This document shows, piece after piece, positions 19,763 through 30,224 of a stretch of DNA of 64,000 nucleotides. Source of the DNA: Acidimicrobiia bacterium (GTDB lineage: Bacteria > Actinomycetota > Acidimicrobiia > Spongiisociales > ZC4RG35); NCBI GenBank assembly GCA_965215185.1, contig OZ244034.1, forward strand, positions 352,001 through 416,000, given 5' to 3'. The position numbers and the translations under genes were made by a program. How positions within the stretch are numbered: the first letter of the stretch is position 1; each line of letters begins with the position of its first letter. The notes under the pieces are model-generated. The model searched no databases. It was not told the origin of the DNA and saw nothing but the letters and a program-made list of their open reading frames with translations.

Positions 19763-20817
19763 TTAGGGGGTTCGGGGTGTTGGTGGTGGGTTTTCGAGTA
19801 GTCGGTAGAGGTGGCGGGCGATGTACCGTTTGAGGCAGCGGCGGGTTTCGCGGGTGGTTTTTCCTTGGGCGGTGCGTTTGGCGATGTAGGCCCGGGTTTT
19901 GGGACAGTGTCGGGTGCGGGTGATGGCGATGGTGTGGAGGGCTCGGTTTAGTTGGCGGTCACCGCGTCGGTTTAGTCGGTGGCGGGTTTGTTGTCCTGAG
20001 GAGGCTTGGAGGGGGGCTACGCCGGCCAGGCGAGCGAAGGCGGCTTCGTTGCGGTATCGGCCTGGGTGGGACCAGGCGATGTAGATTTGTGCGGCGGTGA
20101 TGGGGCCTATCCCGGGTTGGTCGAGCAGCTGGGGAGCGACGGTTTCGACCAGTTTGGCGATGGGTGTTTGCAGTTCTGCTATTTCGGTGGTGAGCGTGCG
20201 GATACGCCGGGCTACAGATCGCATGGCCATTTTGGTGGCGGTGTGTTCGTTTCGGGAACCAGGGGTTGGTTGACTCGGTCGGAACTTGTGGCACTTGGTG
20301 ATCAAAGCGGTGGTGGTGAGACTTCGGAGTTGGTCTCTGAGATCGACCGGCGCGGTTACTACCAGGGCTTTGAGCGCGTTATGGCTGCTATCCGGGCGGT
20401 TTGGGCGCCTTGGCGGGTGGTTTCCAGTACTCGGAGGGCTTCTCGGTCTCCCCGAGCGCGGGGTACCGAAGGCCGGCGTCCCAGCGCCTGGCGGGCGGCT
20501 CGTCGAGCGTCCAGCGCGTCGGTTTTGGCGCCGTCGCGGGTCGGGTAGGGATGGTTGAACTCTATTACCCACTCGCCAGCAGCGCCAAGATAGGTGGCGG
20601 CCCCTGTTCCGTAGCTGTCGGCGCCTTCCACCGCCCACGCCCGTTCTGCGGATGTGTGCTGGTTTGCCCACTCCAACATCTGGGCATATCCGCCGCTGGT
20701 TGTCCCAAACCGTGCGGACGCCAACTCTGCGGTGGTGGAAGCGTCCACCACCGACGCGGTTACCCAATCACGATCAGGATCGATCCCGATCACATGGTCT
20801 ACCATTGTGGCCAACAT
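19763..20817 (-). pseudogene. IS110 transposase of element C with a 1-nt frameshift near 20380
   Basis: VIGIDPD, AVEG and KTDALDA in one frame; LAGVAPLQASSG and RLNRRGDRQLNRALH in the next. Confidence 0.85.
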
Positions 20818-21077
20818 AAGAAAACCTTCTCTTTCTTGTGAAACTGGGCTGTTCGCCTCACGAGGCGCAAACCGTGACGGCAAGACTGTGATGGGTCACA
20901 CCAATTTTGGTGGACAAGCTTCTGATCAGGCCAGCAACGCAAACGCCCAGAAGGCGCAGTGGGCGGTATCGGACATATCCCTATAAAAGACACAACGGTC
21001 ATGGTTGTTGTGGGTCACGACACCGCCTACTGACGCCTATCCTGGCAACCTCTAAGGAGGCTCCCCTAATACTCACA
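20818..21077 (-). ncRNA. Putative bridge RNA region of element C
   Basis: ~260-nt leader homologous to 22964-23214 with conserved stems; guide-like segments match the target flanks and the donor junction; exact RNA ends unknown. Confidence 0.75.
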
Positions 21078-21955
21078 GCGTTGTTGGCTTGGCGGTCGCC
21101 GCCCCGGTTGAGCCGGTGGCGTATGGTCCGTCCCGACGACGCCTGGACGGGACTGGCGCCGCACAATGCTGCGAAGGACGCTTCCGATTGCATGCGTTCG
21201 GGGTTGTCACCAGCGGTGACCAACAGGGCAGCGGCGGTGTCGGCGCCGACTCTGGAGGCGGCTAACAGCGCCGGGTTGACCTGGGCGCAGAGATGGTTGA
21301 TCTGGGTGGTGAGTTCTTCGATCTCGGCGGTGAGCGCCTGATATCGGCGGGCCAGGGAACGCAGCGCCTTTTTGGCGTAGGTGACGGTGATGGTGGCTGT
21401 TCGGGGACGGAAACCGGCGCAGGCCTTGACGCGGGCTTTGGCCGGCAGTCTCTCTAGCTGGTGTTTGACCTGGTCGGGGGCGGTTACCACCAAAGCGTGC
21501 AGCTGGTTTATGGCCTGGGTGCGGGCTTTGGTCGCCGAACGGCGGGCCACCGAAAGCATCCGTATTGCTTCCACCCGACCGTTGCCGCTTTTGGGCACTG
21601 CGGTGGCCTGTCCGTTGAGAACCGCCCGTGCCGCTCCTTGGGCGTCGGTGGCGTCGGTCTTGCCCAACCGGCGGCGCAGCTGCCGGTTGGGACGGTTCAC
21701 CTCTGTCACCTCGACACCGGCCTCGGTTAGATAACGGGCCAGGCCGGCGCCGTAACTGCCGGTGCCCTCTATACCGACCCGGACCACTCGACCGTGTGAC
21801 CCCAACCAGTCGCCCAGTTGCTGATAACCGGCCGTGTCGGCCACGAAGGAGGCTGTTCCCAGGACCCGACCGGTGCTGTCCACCACCGCCGCCATGTGAA
21901 CATCCCGGTGGGTGTCCACCCCACCGCACACATCTACCTGCTGACCTACTGACAT

Positions 21956-22092
21956 GAACAATCCTCCTTGGATAGAATTCTGGCTAATCACCCAGACCCG
22001 GTGGCGGGTGGACAGATCAAGCCAAAGGCACAACGGCCAGGTTGAGTTTGGGTCAGACCTGCCCCGGCCTAGGGGCCCTTACAAGTATGAGT
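21956..22092 (-). ncRNA. Putative target-binding-loop RNA of element B (no donor loop seen)
   Basis: Same UGACCC-N10-UG(A/G)CC-N8-N9-AU(A/C)UGUC loop enclosed by a GC stem. Confidence 0.65.
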
Positions 22093-22963
22093 GGTTGAGT
22101 TGGCGGTCGCCTCGTCGGTTGAGTCGGTGGCGGGTGTGTTGCCCCGAAGACGCTTGGAGAGGGGCTACGCCGGCCAGGCGAGCGAAGGCGGCTTCGTTGC
22201 GGCAGCGGCCTGGGTGGGACCAGGCGATGAGCACTTGGGCGGCGGTGATGGGACCTACCCCGCGCTGGTTCAGCAGTTGCGGAGCTGCGGCTGTGATCAT
22301 TTCGGCGATGGGCGTTTTCAGCTCTGCTATTTCATTGTTGAGGTTGCGGATGCGTCTGGCTGTAGAACGTAGGGCTTGTTTGGTGGCGGTGAGTTCGTTG
22401 ACGGGTGCGGGTGGGATTCGAAACACCGAGCATTTGGCCACCAGAGCAGTTGTGCTCAGACCTCGGAGTTGGTCCCGAAGATCGACCGGAGCGGTTACTA
22501 CCAGGGCTTTTAGCTGGTTGATCGCCGATACTCTGGCCCCTTGGGCGCCCTGGCGGGTGGTTTCCAACACTCGCAAGGCTTCGCGGTCTCCCCTGGCCCG
22601 CGGTACGGATGGCCACGGGCGGCCCAGCACTTGGCGGGCGGCCCGGCGGGCGTCCAGTGCGTCGGGTTTGGCGCCGTCGCGGGTCGGGGCGGGATCGTTG
22701 AACTCTTTCACCAGTTCCCCTCGGGCGATAAGGTAACCGGTCACGCCGGCTCCGTAACTGCCCGAGCCTTCCACCGACCACACTCGACCGGCGGCCTGGG
22801 TGTGCTGGTCGGCCCATTTCAACAACCGGTCATACCCTGACCGGGTGGTTCCGAACACTCCGGATGCTTGTTCTCCGGTAGTGGCGGTGTCAACTACTGA
22901 GGCGGTGACTCGGTCCCGATCAGGATCGATCCCGATCACATGCTTTACCATTGTGGCCAACAT
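22093..22963 (-). pseudogene. IS110 transposase of element A, truncated after RRGDRQLN
   Basis: MLATMVKHVIGIDPD, SVEG, KPDALDA, ASSG; paralogous to element C. Confidence 0.88.
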
Positions 22964-23214
22964 AAGAAACCTTCTCTTTCTTGTGCGAACTGGGCTGGTG
23001 CCTCGCAAGGCGCAAACCGTGACGGCAGGACTGTGACGGGTCACACCCTGTGGGTGGACAGGCTTCTGATCAGGCCAGCAACGGAACGCCCAGGGGCGTC
23101 GCGGCGGTGTCGGACATATCAAGTCAAAGAAACAAAGGTCAGAGTGGCCTCGGGTCACGACACCACCGCTGACGCCAATCCTGGCAGCCTCTACAAGGCC
23201 CCCCAATACCCACA
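22964..23214 (-). ncRNA. Putative bridge RNA region of element A
   Basis: Homologous to 20818-21077, with compensatory and G-U changes in stems and different guide segments. Confidence 0.75.
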
Positions 23215-24136
23215 GAGCGGCCTGTGACTCCAGCTCCAGCAGGGTTTTTTGGTGTGGTGTGGCGGCAATCTCCCTTGCCGAGCGATTGGCCAGGGCTTGT
23301 GGAAGATCAGCCAGAAGATCCGGCTGCTGGCCGGCTGCCGGTGGGGAATAGCCACCCAACAGCCTTAACACGGTTCCAAGTTCCATGTACTCCCCATCGC
23401 CCAAAGCGATGTTTCTTTCCCCACACAGAGCTACCCCTCCTGCTCCTATGACGCTTAGTTCTCCTTTTCCGAAGTCGATCACCGCCACGGTGTGTTCATC
23501 CACTCCGATTATGCCCAAACCGGCGGGAAGCATGGCTTTCAGCAGTTCAAATCGCCGGCGCCCCATGTAGCACCGGCTCGTGTCGAAGCCCTGGCCCTCG
23601 GTGTTGTTCCAGTGTGGAATGAACACCGCCTCCAGGCCCAGATGGGAGGTGAGGTCCAATCCTTCCAGCCACCCCAGCCCGGAGCCCACTTTGTAGATCT
23701 CGTAGACGGGAAGAGTCTTCACTCCGGCCGTGAGGGCGGCGGCCGACGCCACTGTCACGGTGGCGCCAGTCGAGAGAAGATCTCGCAGCGCCGAGGCCAG
23801 CGGCGTCTCTTTCCACACTCCCAAGGCATAGGTAGGCGATCCCGGTCCGGCGAAGACGTAACGGGCGCGGCGGACGGCGGCCAGCATCTCTTCGCAGGCG
23901 AGGGCGCCCGCTTCGGCAGAGCGGTAGGAGACCACCCCCGCCTCTATGGACAGGCTGGTGGTGAAAAAGGTAGCCAGCTTTTCGGAATTGAGGGTGGCGT
24001 TCTCCTGGAATCCGTAGGGGGTGTCGAGCACCAGCACTTGATGGGCCTTGGCCGCTTCGATCCCCAGCCGATGGGCAGCTAGCAGCCGATTGGAGGTCTC
24101 TCCAGATCCCATGAGAATCAGGCGTCCCGCTCTCAA
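23215..24136 (-). pseudogene. Class I glutamine-amidotransferase-like / peptidase S51-like protein, 3'-truncated by IS110 element A
   Basis: LMGSGET, DTPYGFQEN, YVFAGPGSPTY, ASAAA, IPHWNN; reads without a stop into the IS left end. Confidence 0.7.
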
Positions 24137-24991
24137 AAGGACGACTCCTCGGCCAGTCCCTCAAGCCAACCGGCGGTCAGCCGTGGATATTGGGCATGCA
24201 GGTCATGATGGGCGTCCAGCCAGATAACCCGGCCTCTGGGAAGGAGGTCTACAAAGCGGGAGACGCTTTCTCGCTTGGCGGCTCTCCTGGCAACGGTCTG
24301 GGCAGTAGCCACTACCAAGACCGGGCATCGGAGGTGAGGTGCGATCATGCAGGGCTGGTGCTTCCACATCTCATGTAGCAGTCGAAAATGGTTTTCTCTC
24401 TTCAGGTGTGGACCAGCCGTTCCGTCTGGCGCCACTACGAAGTTGGCTAGTTGTCCCCGTACACCGCTTTCAGGCCAACCCGAGAAGTGTTTCCGAAGTT
24501 TTCGCTCCAGATCGGAGTGGAGGACTCCGTCAAAGGAAGGGGGGGCAAGTTCCCGGGCGGTGGTCTCCCAGTCGGGAAGGGATCTGCTCAAAGTAATGAA
24601 CCCCCCGTCTATGCAGGCAAAGGGCGGCAATGCGACGCCGGTAGCGGTGGGCAAGCTCCAGCACCACGTTCCCTCCCAAGGACTGCCCTGCCGCGATAAC
24701 CGGCAACTCGGGTTGAAATGTTTTCTCGATCACCTCAACCAGATCTTCGGCCAAAGTGGCGAAGTCGAAGGGTCCGTCCACCTTGTCTGACCGTCCGTGG
24801 GAGCGCTGATCCACAGCCACCGAGAAGTAGCCTCTCGCCGCCAGGTACTCGGCGACCCCATCCCATAGGCGTGCGTTGGAGGCCAGTCCATGCACCAGCA
24901 AGAAGGCCATCGGTCGAGAACCCGAGCGGACCACTGTGCTGAGACCAACCCCCTTTTTGGTAATGATGCGCCTCCGCAGGGGCTCTTTCAT
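24133..24991 (-). pseudogene. Alpha/beta hydrolase, frameshifted
   Basis: LVHGLASN, DQRSHGRS, GQSLGG and catalytic-His region AHHDLH; removing one base of the run at 24619-24621 joins the frames (AALACIDGG). Confidence 0.75.
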
Positions 24992-25100
24992 AGGTTGGTT
25001 CCGCCTTTTGTCCCTTCATTCACCCCGGCAACTATGAGTACCAAACATGAGAGAACCATGAGATTTACCCTACCCGGTGGGTGGGGTAAGATATGTGCCT

Positions 25101-26372
25101 GTGACAGCCACCATCGTGTTAGGCGCACAGTGGGGCGACGAGGGGAAGGGCCGGGTAACCGATTTTTTCGCGAAGTCCGCTGATTTTGTCGTCCGCTATC
25201 AGGGAGGGAACAATGCCGGCCATACCATCACCATTGGCGACCGCGTCTATGCACTCTCGGTGGTCCCTTCCGGGGTGATGTACCCAGGGTGCGTGCCGGT
25301 GATTGCCTCGGGCTGTGTGCTGGACCCGGTGGTCCTACTGGAAGAATTGGACATGCTTACCCATGAAGGGATCAGCCCCGAGCGCCTCCGCATCTCTTCC
25401 AATGCTCATCTGATCATGCCCTATCACCGGGTGCTGGATGGGATAATGGAGCGTTACCTGGGACGCAACCGAATCGGCACCACCAAACGGGGAATAGGTC
25501 CCGCTTACACCGACAAGTACTCCCGAGTGGGAATCCGCGTTCAGGACCTTTTTGATCCCCGGATCTTCCGGGAGAAAGTGGAAGCGGCCCTGGTAGACAA
25601 GAACAAGATACTCACCCGGGTTTACAACCGTCTTCCCATGGGCCCCGAGGAAATAGCCACCCAGTATCTGGAGATGGCCGAGCGCCTCCTACCCTATGTC
25701 ACCGACACTTCGCTTCTCCTGTGGAATGCGATTGCCGAGGGGCGACAGGTGCTATTCGAAGGCGCCCAGGGGACGCTATTGGATATCGATCACGGCACCT
25801 ATCCCTTTGTCACTTCGTCCAATCCCACGGCTGGGGGAGCGTTGATCGGCGCTGGACTAGGTCCCACAGCGATAGACGCGGTAGTCGGGGTGGCCAAGGC
25901 CTATATCTCCCGGGTGGGCAGCGGGCCGTTTCCTACCGAGTTGTCTGACGGGGTGGGGGATTGGCTGGTGGACCAAGGTCGGGAGTACGGCACGGTAACC
26001 GGCCGCCGGAGACGCTGTGGGTGGCTCGACCTGGTGGCCCTCCGCTACGCGGCCAGGATCAATGGGTTGACTCAGCTGTTCATCACCAAGCTGGATATTC
26101 TCTCCGGTCTGGATACTTTGCGGGTGGCAGTGGGCTATGAGGGTGAGGGACAAAGCTATTCGGAGTTTCCCCGCCAGCAGCGGGTCCTGTACAAGTGCAC
26201 CCCGGTGTATGAAGAGCTTGAAGGGTGGTCGCAAGACATAACCGGGGCAAGACGTTTCGAAGACTTCCCTGCGGCCGCTCGTCGCTATATAAGGTTCATC
26301 GAGGAGGCAGTGGGAGTCCCGGTGGCATGGGTCTCGGTCGGTCCCGAGCGCAGCCAACTGGTCATTCGATAG
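25101..26372 (+). CDS. purA: Adenylosuccinate synthetase
   Basis: GAQWGDEGKG, RYQGGNNAGHT, IGTTKRGIGPAY, EGAQG, EYGTVTGR. Confidence 0.97.
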   Translation: MTATIVLGAQWGDEGKGRVTDFFAKSADFVVRYQGGNNAGHTITIGDRVYALSVVPSGVMYPGCVPVIASGCVLDPVVLLEELDMLTHEGISPERLRISSNAHLIMPYHRVLDGIMERYLGRNRIGTTKRGIGPAYTDKYSRVGIRVQDLFDPRIFREKVEAALVDKNKILTRVYNRLPMGPEEIATQYLEMAERLLPYVTDTSLLLWNAIAEGRQVLFEGAQGTLLDIDHGTYPFVTSSNPTAGGALIGAGLGPTAIDAVVGVAKAYISRVGSGPFPTELSDGVGDWLVDQGREYGTVTGRRRRCGWLDLVALRYAARINGLTQLFITKLDILSGLDTLRVAVGYEGEGQSYSEFPRQQRVLYKCTPVYEELEGWSQDITGARRFEDFPAAARRYIRFIEEAVGVPVAWVSVGPERSQLVIR

Positions 26373-26392
26373 TTCTGATCGAAAGAGCCTTT

Positions 26393-27571
26393 TTAGAGGT
26401 GACGGGAGAGGGGTGAAGCAAGGTCGCCATTGGGAGACACAGTTACTTTCTTCGCACCAAGCCATTGCGCCATCTCAGAGAGTTCTTCGGCCAGATTCCG
26501 GCCCACCCTGTCCACGTCAATGTCGACCTCGCCAAAACTGCCCAACACCCGCAGGCACCTGGCCTTCCGATCCAGCTTGAGGTCCACGCGGGCGACCATT
26601 CTGTCTTCGAGCAGGAAGGGCAGCACGTAGTAGCCGTGAATCCGCTTAGGGCGAGGAACGTAGATCTCAATCCGGTACCGGAAGTCGAACAGCCTTTCCA
26701 GCCTCGGTCGGAACCAGACCAGGGGATCGAAGGGGGAAAGAAGCGCCCGTCCCTCCACCCGGCGGGGACAAACGGCATCCGGATCCAGATAGGCCGGCTC
26801 CGACCAGCCCTCCACCTCCATCTCCCGGATCTCACCGGAGGCGACCAGGTCAGCGAGGGCGGCGCGGGCTGGCGAAATTCCTATGCGGTAGTAGTCGGCG
26901 AGATCGGCGGCGGTTCCCACGCCGCATTGCGCAATCGCCAGCCGCAGTAGCCGACGGTGGGCCTCCGGCGCCTCGGTCGGCGGCTGGGCCATCGCCCCCG
27001 GGGAATGGACCCGCTCGGGAAGGTCATACCATCGGATGAAACGTTGCCGGTCAGCGACGGTGACCGCGCCTCTCCAGAACAGCCACTCCAAAGCGCGCTT
27101 TCCCACCGAATGTCCCCACCACGATCCGCCGGATTCCCCCGGTTCGCTCAGGTCGGCAGAGCGCAGTGGCCCCTTTGCCATCACCTCCCGGTACACCTGC
27201 TGCACATACTCTGGGTTGTCGTAGTTGACAGACTCGATCCATCCCCGCAGCGGTTGGCGCATGCGGTGGACGAAGAGGGGACGATGGGCGATCGGGATCA
27301 GGGATCGTTCGTGCCCCCAGTACTCGAACAGTTCCCGCGATGTCCACAGCCATTGATCGAGACGATGGCGGGGATAGGAGCCCAGCCTCGAAAAGAACGG
27401 GAGGTAGTGGGCTCTGGCCAGCACATTCACTGAATCCAGTTGGATGAGGCCGGTGCTTCGGACGACCTTACGATAGTGGCGCACATCCAACTTTCCGGAC
27501 GGTCGCATGGCCCCCAGTCCGGCTGCGGATATGGCTAACCGGCGGGCCTGGGGGGTGGTGAGTCGAGTCAT
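26393..27571 (-). CDS. ycaQ: AlkZ/YcaQ-family crosslink-repair DNA glycosylase
   Basis: IQLDSVNVLARAHY (QxD), FEYWGH, LLSPFDPLVW, YRIEIYVP..KR..GYY. Confidence 0.85.
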   Translation of the reverse strand: MTRLTTPQARRLAISAAGLGAMRPSGKLDVRHYRKVVRSTGLIQLDSVNVLARAHYLPFFSRLGSYPRHRLDQWLWTSRELFEYWGHERSLIPIAHRPLFVHRMRQPLRGWIESVNYDNPEYVQQVYREVMAKGPLRSADLSEPGESGGSWWGHSVGKRALEWLFWRGAVTVADRQRFIRWYDLPERVHSPGAMAQPPTEAPEAHRRLLRLAIAQCGVGTAADLADYYRIGISPARAALADLVASGEIREMEVEGWSEPAYLDPDAVCPRRVEGRALLSPFDPLVWFRPRLERLFDFRYRIEIYVPRPKRIHGYYVLPFLLEDRMVARVDLKLDRKARCLRVLGSFGEVDIDVDRVGRNLAEELSEMAQWLGAKKVTVSPNGDLASPLSRHL

Positions 27572-27858
27572 GGTTCCAATAGGAGGAGGCCATTTGCGCC
27601 GCCGGTGGAAAGAGTCGACGAATCCATTCAAAGGGAGCCTATATGGGCCGACATTCGAGCAAGGACAGCCCGATCCCCGCAGTGGCTCTTAGGCCAATAG
27701 CTATCTGCGGTGTGGAGTGCCCGGGTTCGGGCGCTACCAGGGTTCCGGACAGCGGAACATGGGGACGATCGTTTACCCATGCAAGCACTTCTGGCAGTGG
27801 TGTTTCCATAGACTGAGTGTTGAAGTCTTGTTTTTCCCGTGCATCTGGAGGTGCAACG

Positions 27859-28849
27859 ATGACTGGTCTTAACGCCGAACAACTGGCCAGTTTTGAAAAG
27901 GACGGCTATCTCATTGTTGAGAATGTGCTTTCTGAGGAAGACCTTGCGGGATTGGAGTCCGAGTATCGGGAGATTGTGGACCGCGTAGCCAAGGATCCTG
28001 TGAAAACAAGGGAAGATGGAGGCTTTGACGGGTGACAACTTCTCGGAGCGCTACATCCAGGCATTGCAGCAGGTCGATGACATGTGCACCCTTTACCTGC
28101 ATCTCGATATCTCACTGCGGCTGCTCAACCAACTCGACTTTTCTCACACTATGAACGCCGGGCCGCAGGTATTTCGTCTGCTGACCAACCCTCGACTGCT
28201 CGACATCGTGGAGTCGGTGATAGGGACCGAGATCTATTCCAACCCGGTGCAGCACACCCGCATCAAGCCTCCGGCCAACCGTCTGCCCAAATCCATAGTG
28301 GACTCCAATGTGGCTGCGACGATGTGGCATCAGGACTCGGCGGTAATTACCTCCGACGCCGACGAAACCGACATGCTGACCGTATGGCTGGCGGTAACGG
28401 ACGCCACGGTCGAGAACGGGTGCCTGATCGCCGAACGGGGAAGCCATCGTGAGGACCTGACTCTTCATTGCCCGGGTCGGGGCTTCGCCGCAGATATATA
28501 TCCCGGAGTCGATCATTGAATGGTGAGCAGGTTGTGCCCCCTTGAAGTCGGGGCAGGTGGCGCCGTCTTGCTTCACCGACTGACCGAGCACGGTTCGTTC
28601 GACAATCTCAGTGATGATATCCGGTGGAGCTTTGACTTTCGCTACCAACCGATCGGTCAGCCCACCGGCCGCTCGGTCTTCCCCGGTTTCGTGGCCCGAA
28701 GCACTGCTAATCGCGAGCAGGTGCTCACTGACCACGCCCAGTGGGCTCACTTCTGGTGGGAAGCTCGGGATGGGATCGCCAACCGCGAAGTGGCGATGAA
28801 CCTCAACTCCAGGTGGGAGGCAAACGCCCTTCAACCCATTTGTGCCTGA
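27859..28849 (+). pseudogene. Phytanoyl-CoA dioxygenase (PhyH) family, in three frames
   Basis: QLASFEKDGYL, WHQD, VWLAVTDATVENGCL, H..T.HGS..N.SD..RWS; breaks near 28000-28020 and 28500-28520. Confidence 0.8.
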
Positions 28850-28913
28850 CGCACCTGTTGCTGGCAGGTAGTCTCAGGTGGGCAGTGGGAGTAGTTGAGC
28901 CCAGCCAAAAGAG

Positions 28914-30224
28914 ATGATTGATCGCTACACGCTTCCGGAGATGAACAGGCTCTGGTCGCCGGAACGGCGCCTAGCAGCCTGGAAACAGGTGGAAGAATTG
29001 GCCTTGGAGGCTTGGTCTAAATTGGGAGTCGTTCCTGCTGAGGCGGCGGAAGAGATTCGGAGAACTCCGGTTCCCACCCCCGCCCAAGTGGCGGAGAGGG
29101 AGGCGGTAACAGACCATGATCTTGCCGCTTTCGTCGATGTGCTTGCTGCTTCTATGGGGCAGGGAGGGGAGTGGGTTCACTACGGGTTGACTTCTTCCGA
29201 TGTGATAGACACCGCCTCCGGGGTGGTTATGGGCGAGGCGGCTCGACTTCTCACCGGTGAGGTGGAGAAGCTATTCGCGGTGGTTAAGGAGGCGGGCCTG
29301 GAGCACCAGGAGACCCTGATTCTGGGTCGAACCCACGGGATGTGGGCTGAACCAACCTCATGGGGTCTCAAGCTGGCCAGCTGGACGTTCCAACTGGCAA
29401 GAGATTATGAACGGCTGCAGGCGGCGGGCGAAGCGGTGGCGGTGGGGAAGGTGAGCGGAGCGGTGGGAACCTATGCGCAGTGCCCTCCCGCCATCGAGGA
29501 GATAGTGTGCCGACGGTTGGGAATCGGCTCCGAGCCGGCTTCCACCCAGGTCACCGCCCGAGATCGCCACGCCCAGTTGCTGGGAGCGATCGCCCTGGCC
29601 GGAGCTTCCCTGGAACGGTTCGCCACCGAGATACGGCTGCTCCAGCGAAGCGAAGTGCGGGAAGTGTCGGAAGGTTTTCGCCCGGGCCAGAAGGGTTCAT
29701 CAGCCATGCCTCACAAACGAAATCCCATCGTCTCTGAGAGAATGGCCGGCATGGCCCGGCTGCTTAGGGGTTACTCGATGACCGCCTTGGAGAACGTGGC
29801 GTTGTGGCATGAGAGGGACATCAGTCATTCATCGGTGGAGAGGATCATCATTCCCGATGCCTGCACGATCCTCCATTACATGTTGGTGACCTTCACCGGG
29901 GTGATGCAACGGTTGGAAGTGGACGCCGTGCGGATGCGGGCCAACCTGGATGCGACCGGCGGGCTGGTGGTGAGTGGCGCATTGTTGTCCGAACTGATCA
30001 GCCAGCAGAGATTGAGCCGCAACGGGGCATACCGGATTGTGCAGCGCCACGCCGCGGCGGTGCTGGAAAGTGGGGGCAATCTCTGGGAGAAGCTGGCCTC
30101 CGACCCCGAGGTGACCATCACGGCCGCTCGGTTGGAAGAGCTTTCCGACCCCAAACGTTTCCTGATGGAGACACGGGTGGTTTTCGACCGACTACGTAAT
30201 CTGAACCTCCCGTCTGAGAGCTAG
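28914..30224 (+). CDS. purB: Adenylosuccinate lyase
   Basis: MIDRY, HYGLTSSD, GRTHG, GSSAMPHKRNP, LWHERDISHSSVER. Confidence 0.97.
   Translation: MIDRYTLPEMNRLWSPERRLAAWKQVEELALEAWSKLGVVPAEAAEEIRRTPVPTPAQVAEREAVTDHDLAAFVDVLAASMGQGGEWVHYGLTSSDVIDTASGVVMGEAARLLTGEVEKLFAVVKEAGLEHQETLILGRTHGMWAEPTSWGLKLASWTFQLARDYERLQAAGEAVAVGKVSGAVGTYAQCPPAIEEIVCRRLGIGSEPASTQVTARDRHAQLLGAIALAGASLERFATEIRLLQRSEVREVSEGFRPGQKGSSAMPHKRNPIVSERMAGMARLLRGYSMTALENVALWHERDISHSSVERIIIPDACTILHYMLVTFTGVMQRLEVDAVRMRANLDATGGLVVSGALLSELISQQRLSRNGAYRIVQRHAAAVLESGGNLWEKLASDPEVTITAARLEELSDPKRFLMETRVVFDRLRNLNLPSES

Larger units (their letters stand above)
19690..21077 (-). mobile_element. IS110 element C (inner), both ends present, ~1.39 kb
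   Basis: Left end TGTGAGTATT, right end ATAGAAGCATC; precise insertion into the element B transposase with only a 1-nt C ambiguity. Confidence 0.9.
19322..22092 (-). mobile_element. IS110 element B (middle), transposase split by element C
   Basis: 21955..21078 joined to 19689..19338 gives 1230 nt in frame (..RQANNA|LWRIAITRMR..); DEDD residues (VDTH, IEG, KTDATDA) and ASSG present. Confidence 0.88.
18984..23214 (-). mobile_element. IS110 element A (outer), interrupted by element B and partly deleted
   Basis: Left end TGTGGGTATT at 23214; transposase 22963..22093; a matching-type C-terminal tail LLQNPPPTPQTP* and an AGAAGCATC right end lie at 19080..18984 (assignment of this tail to A is inferred). 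Confidence 0.7.

Noticed and set aside
23244-23262. ACACCACACCAAAAAAC (minus strand) resembling the element B tail, as an excision scar
   Set aside because: Short low-complexity match; cannot be distinguished from chance without an uninterrupted orthologue
22079-24136. 685-aa peptidase-transposase fusion protein
   Set aside because: Chance in-frame read-through from the interrupted host gene across the IS110 leader into a truncated transposase
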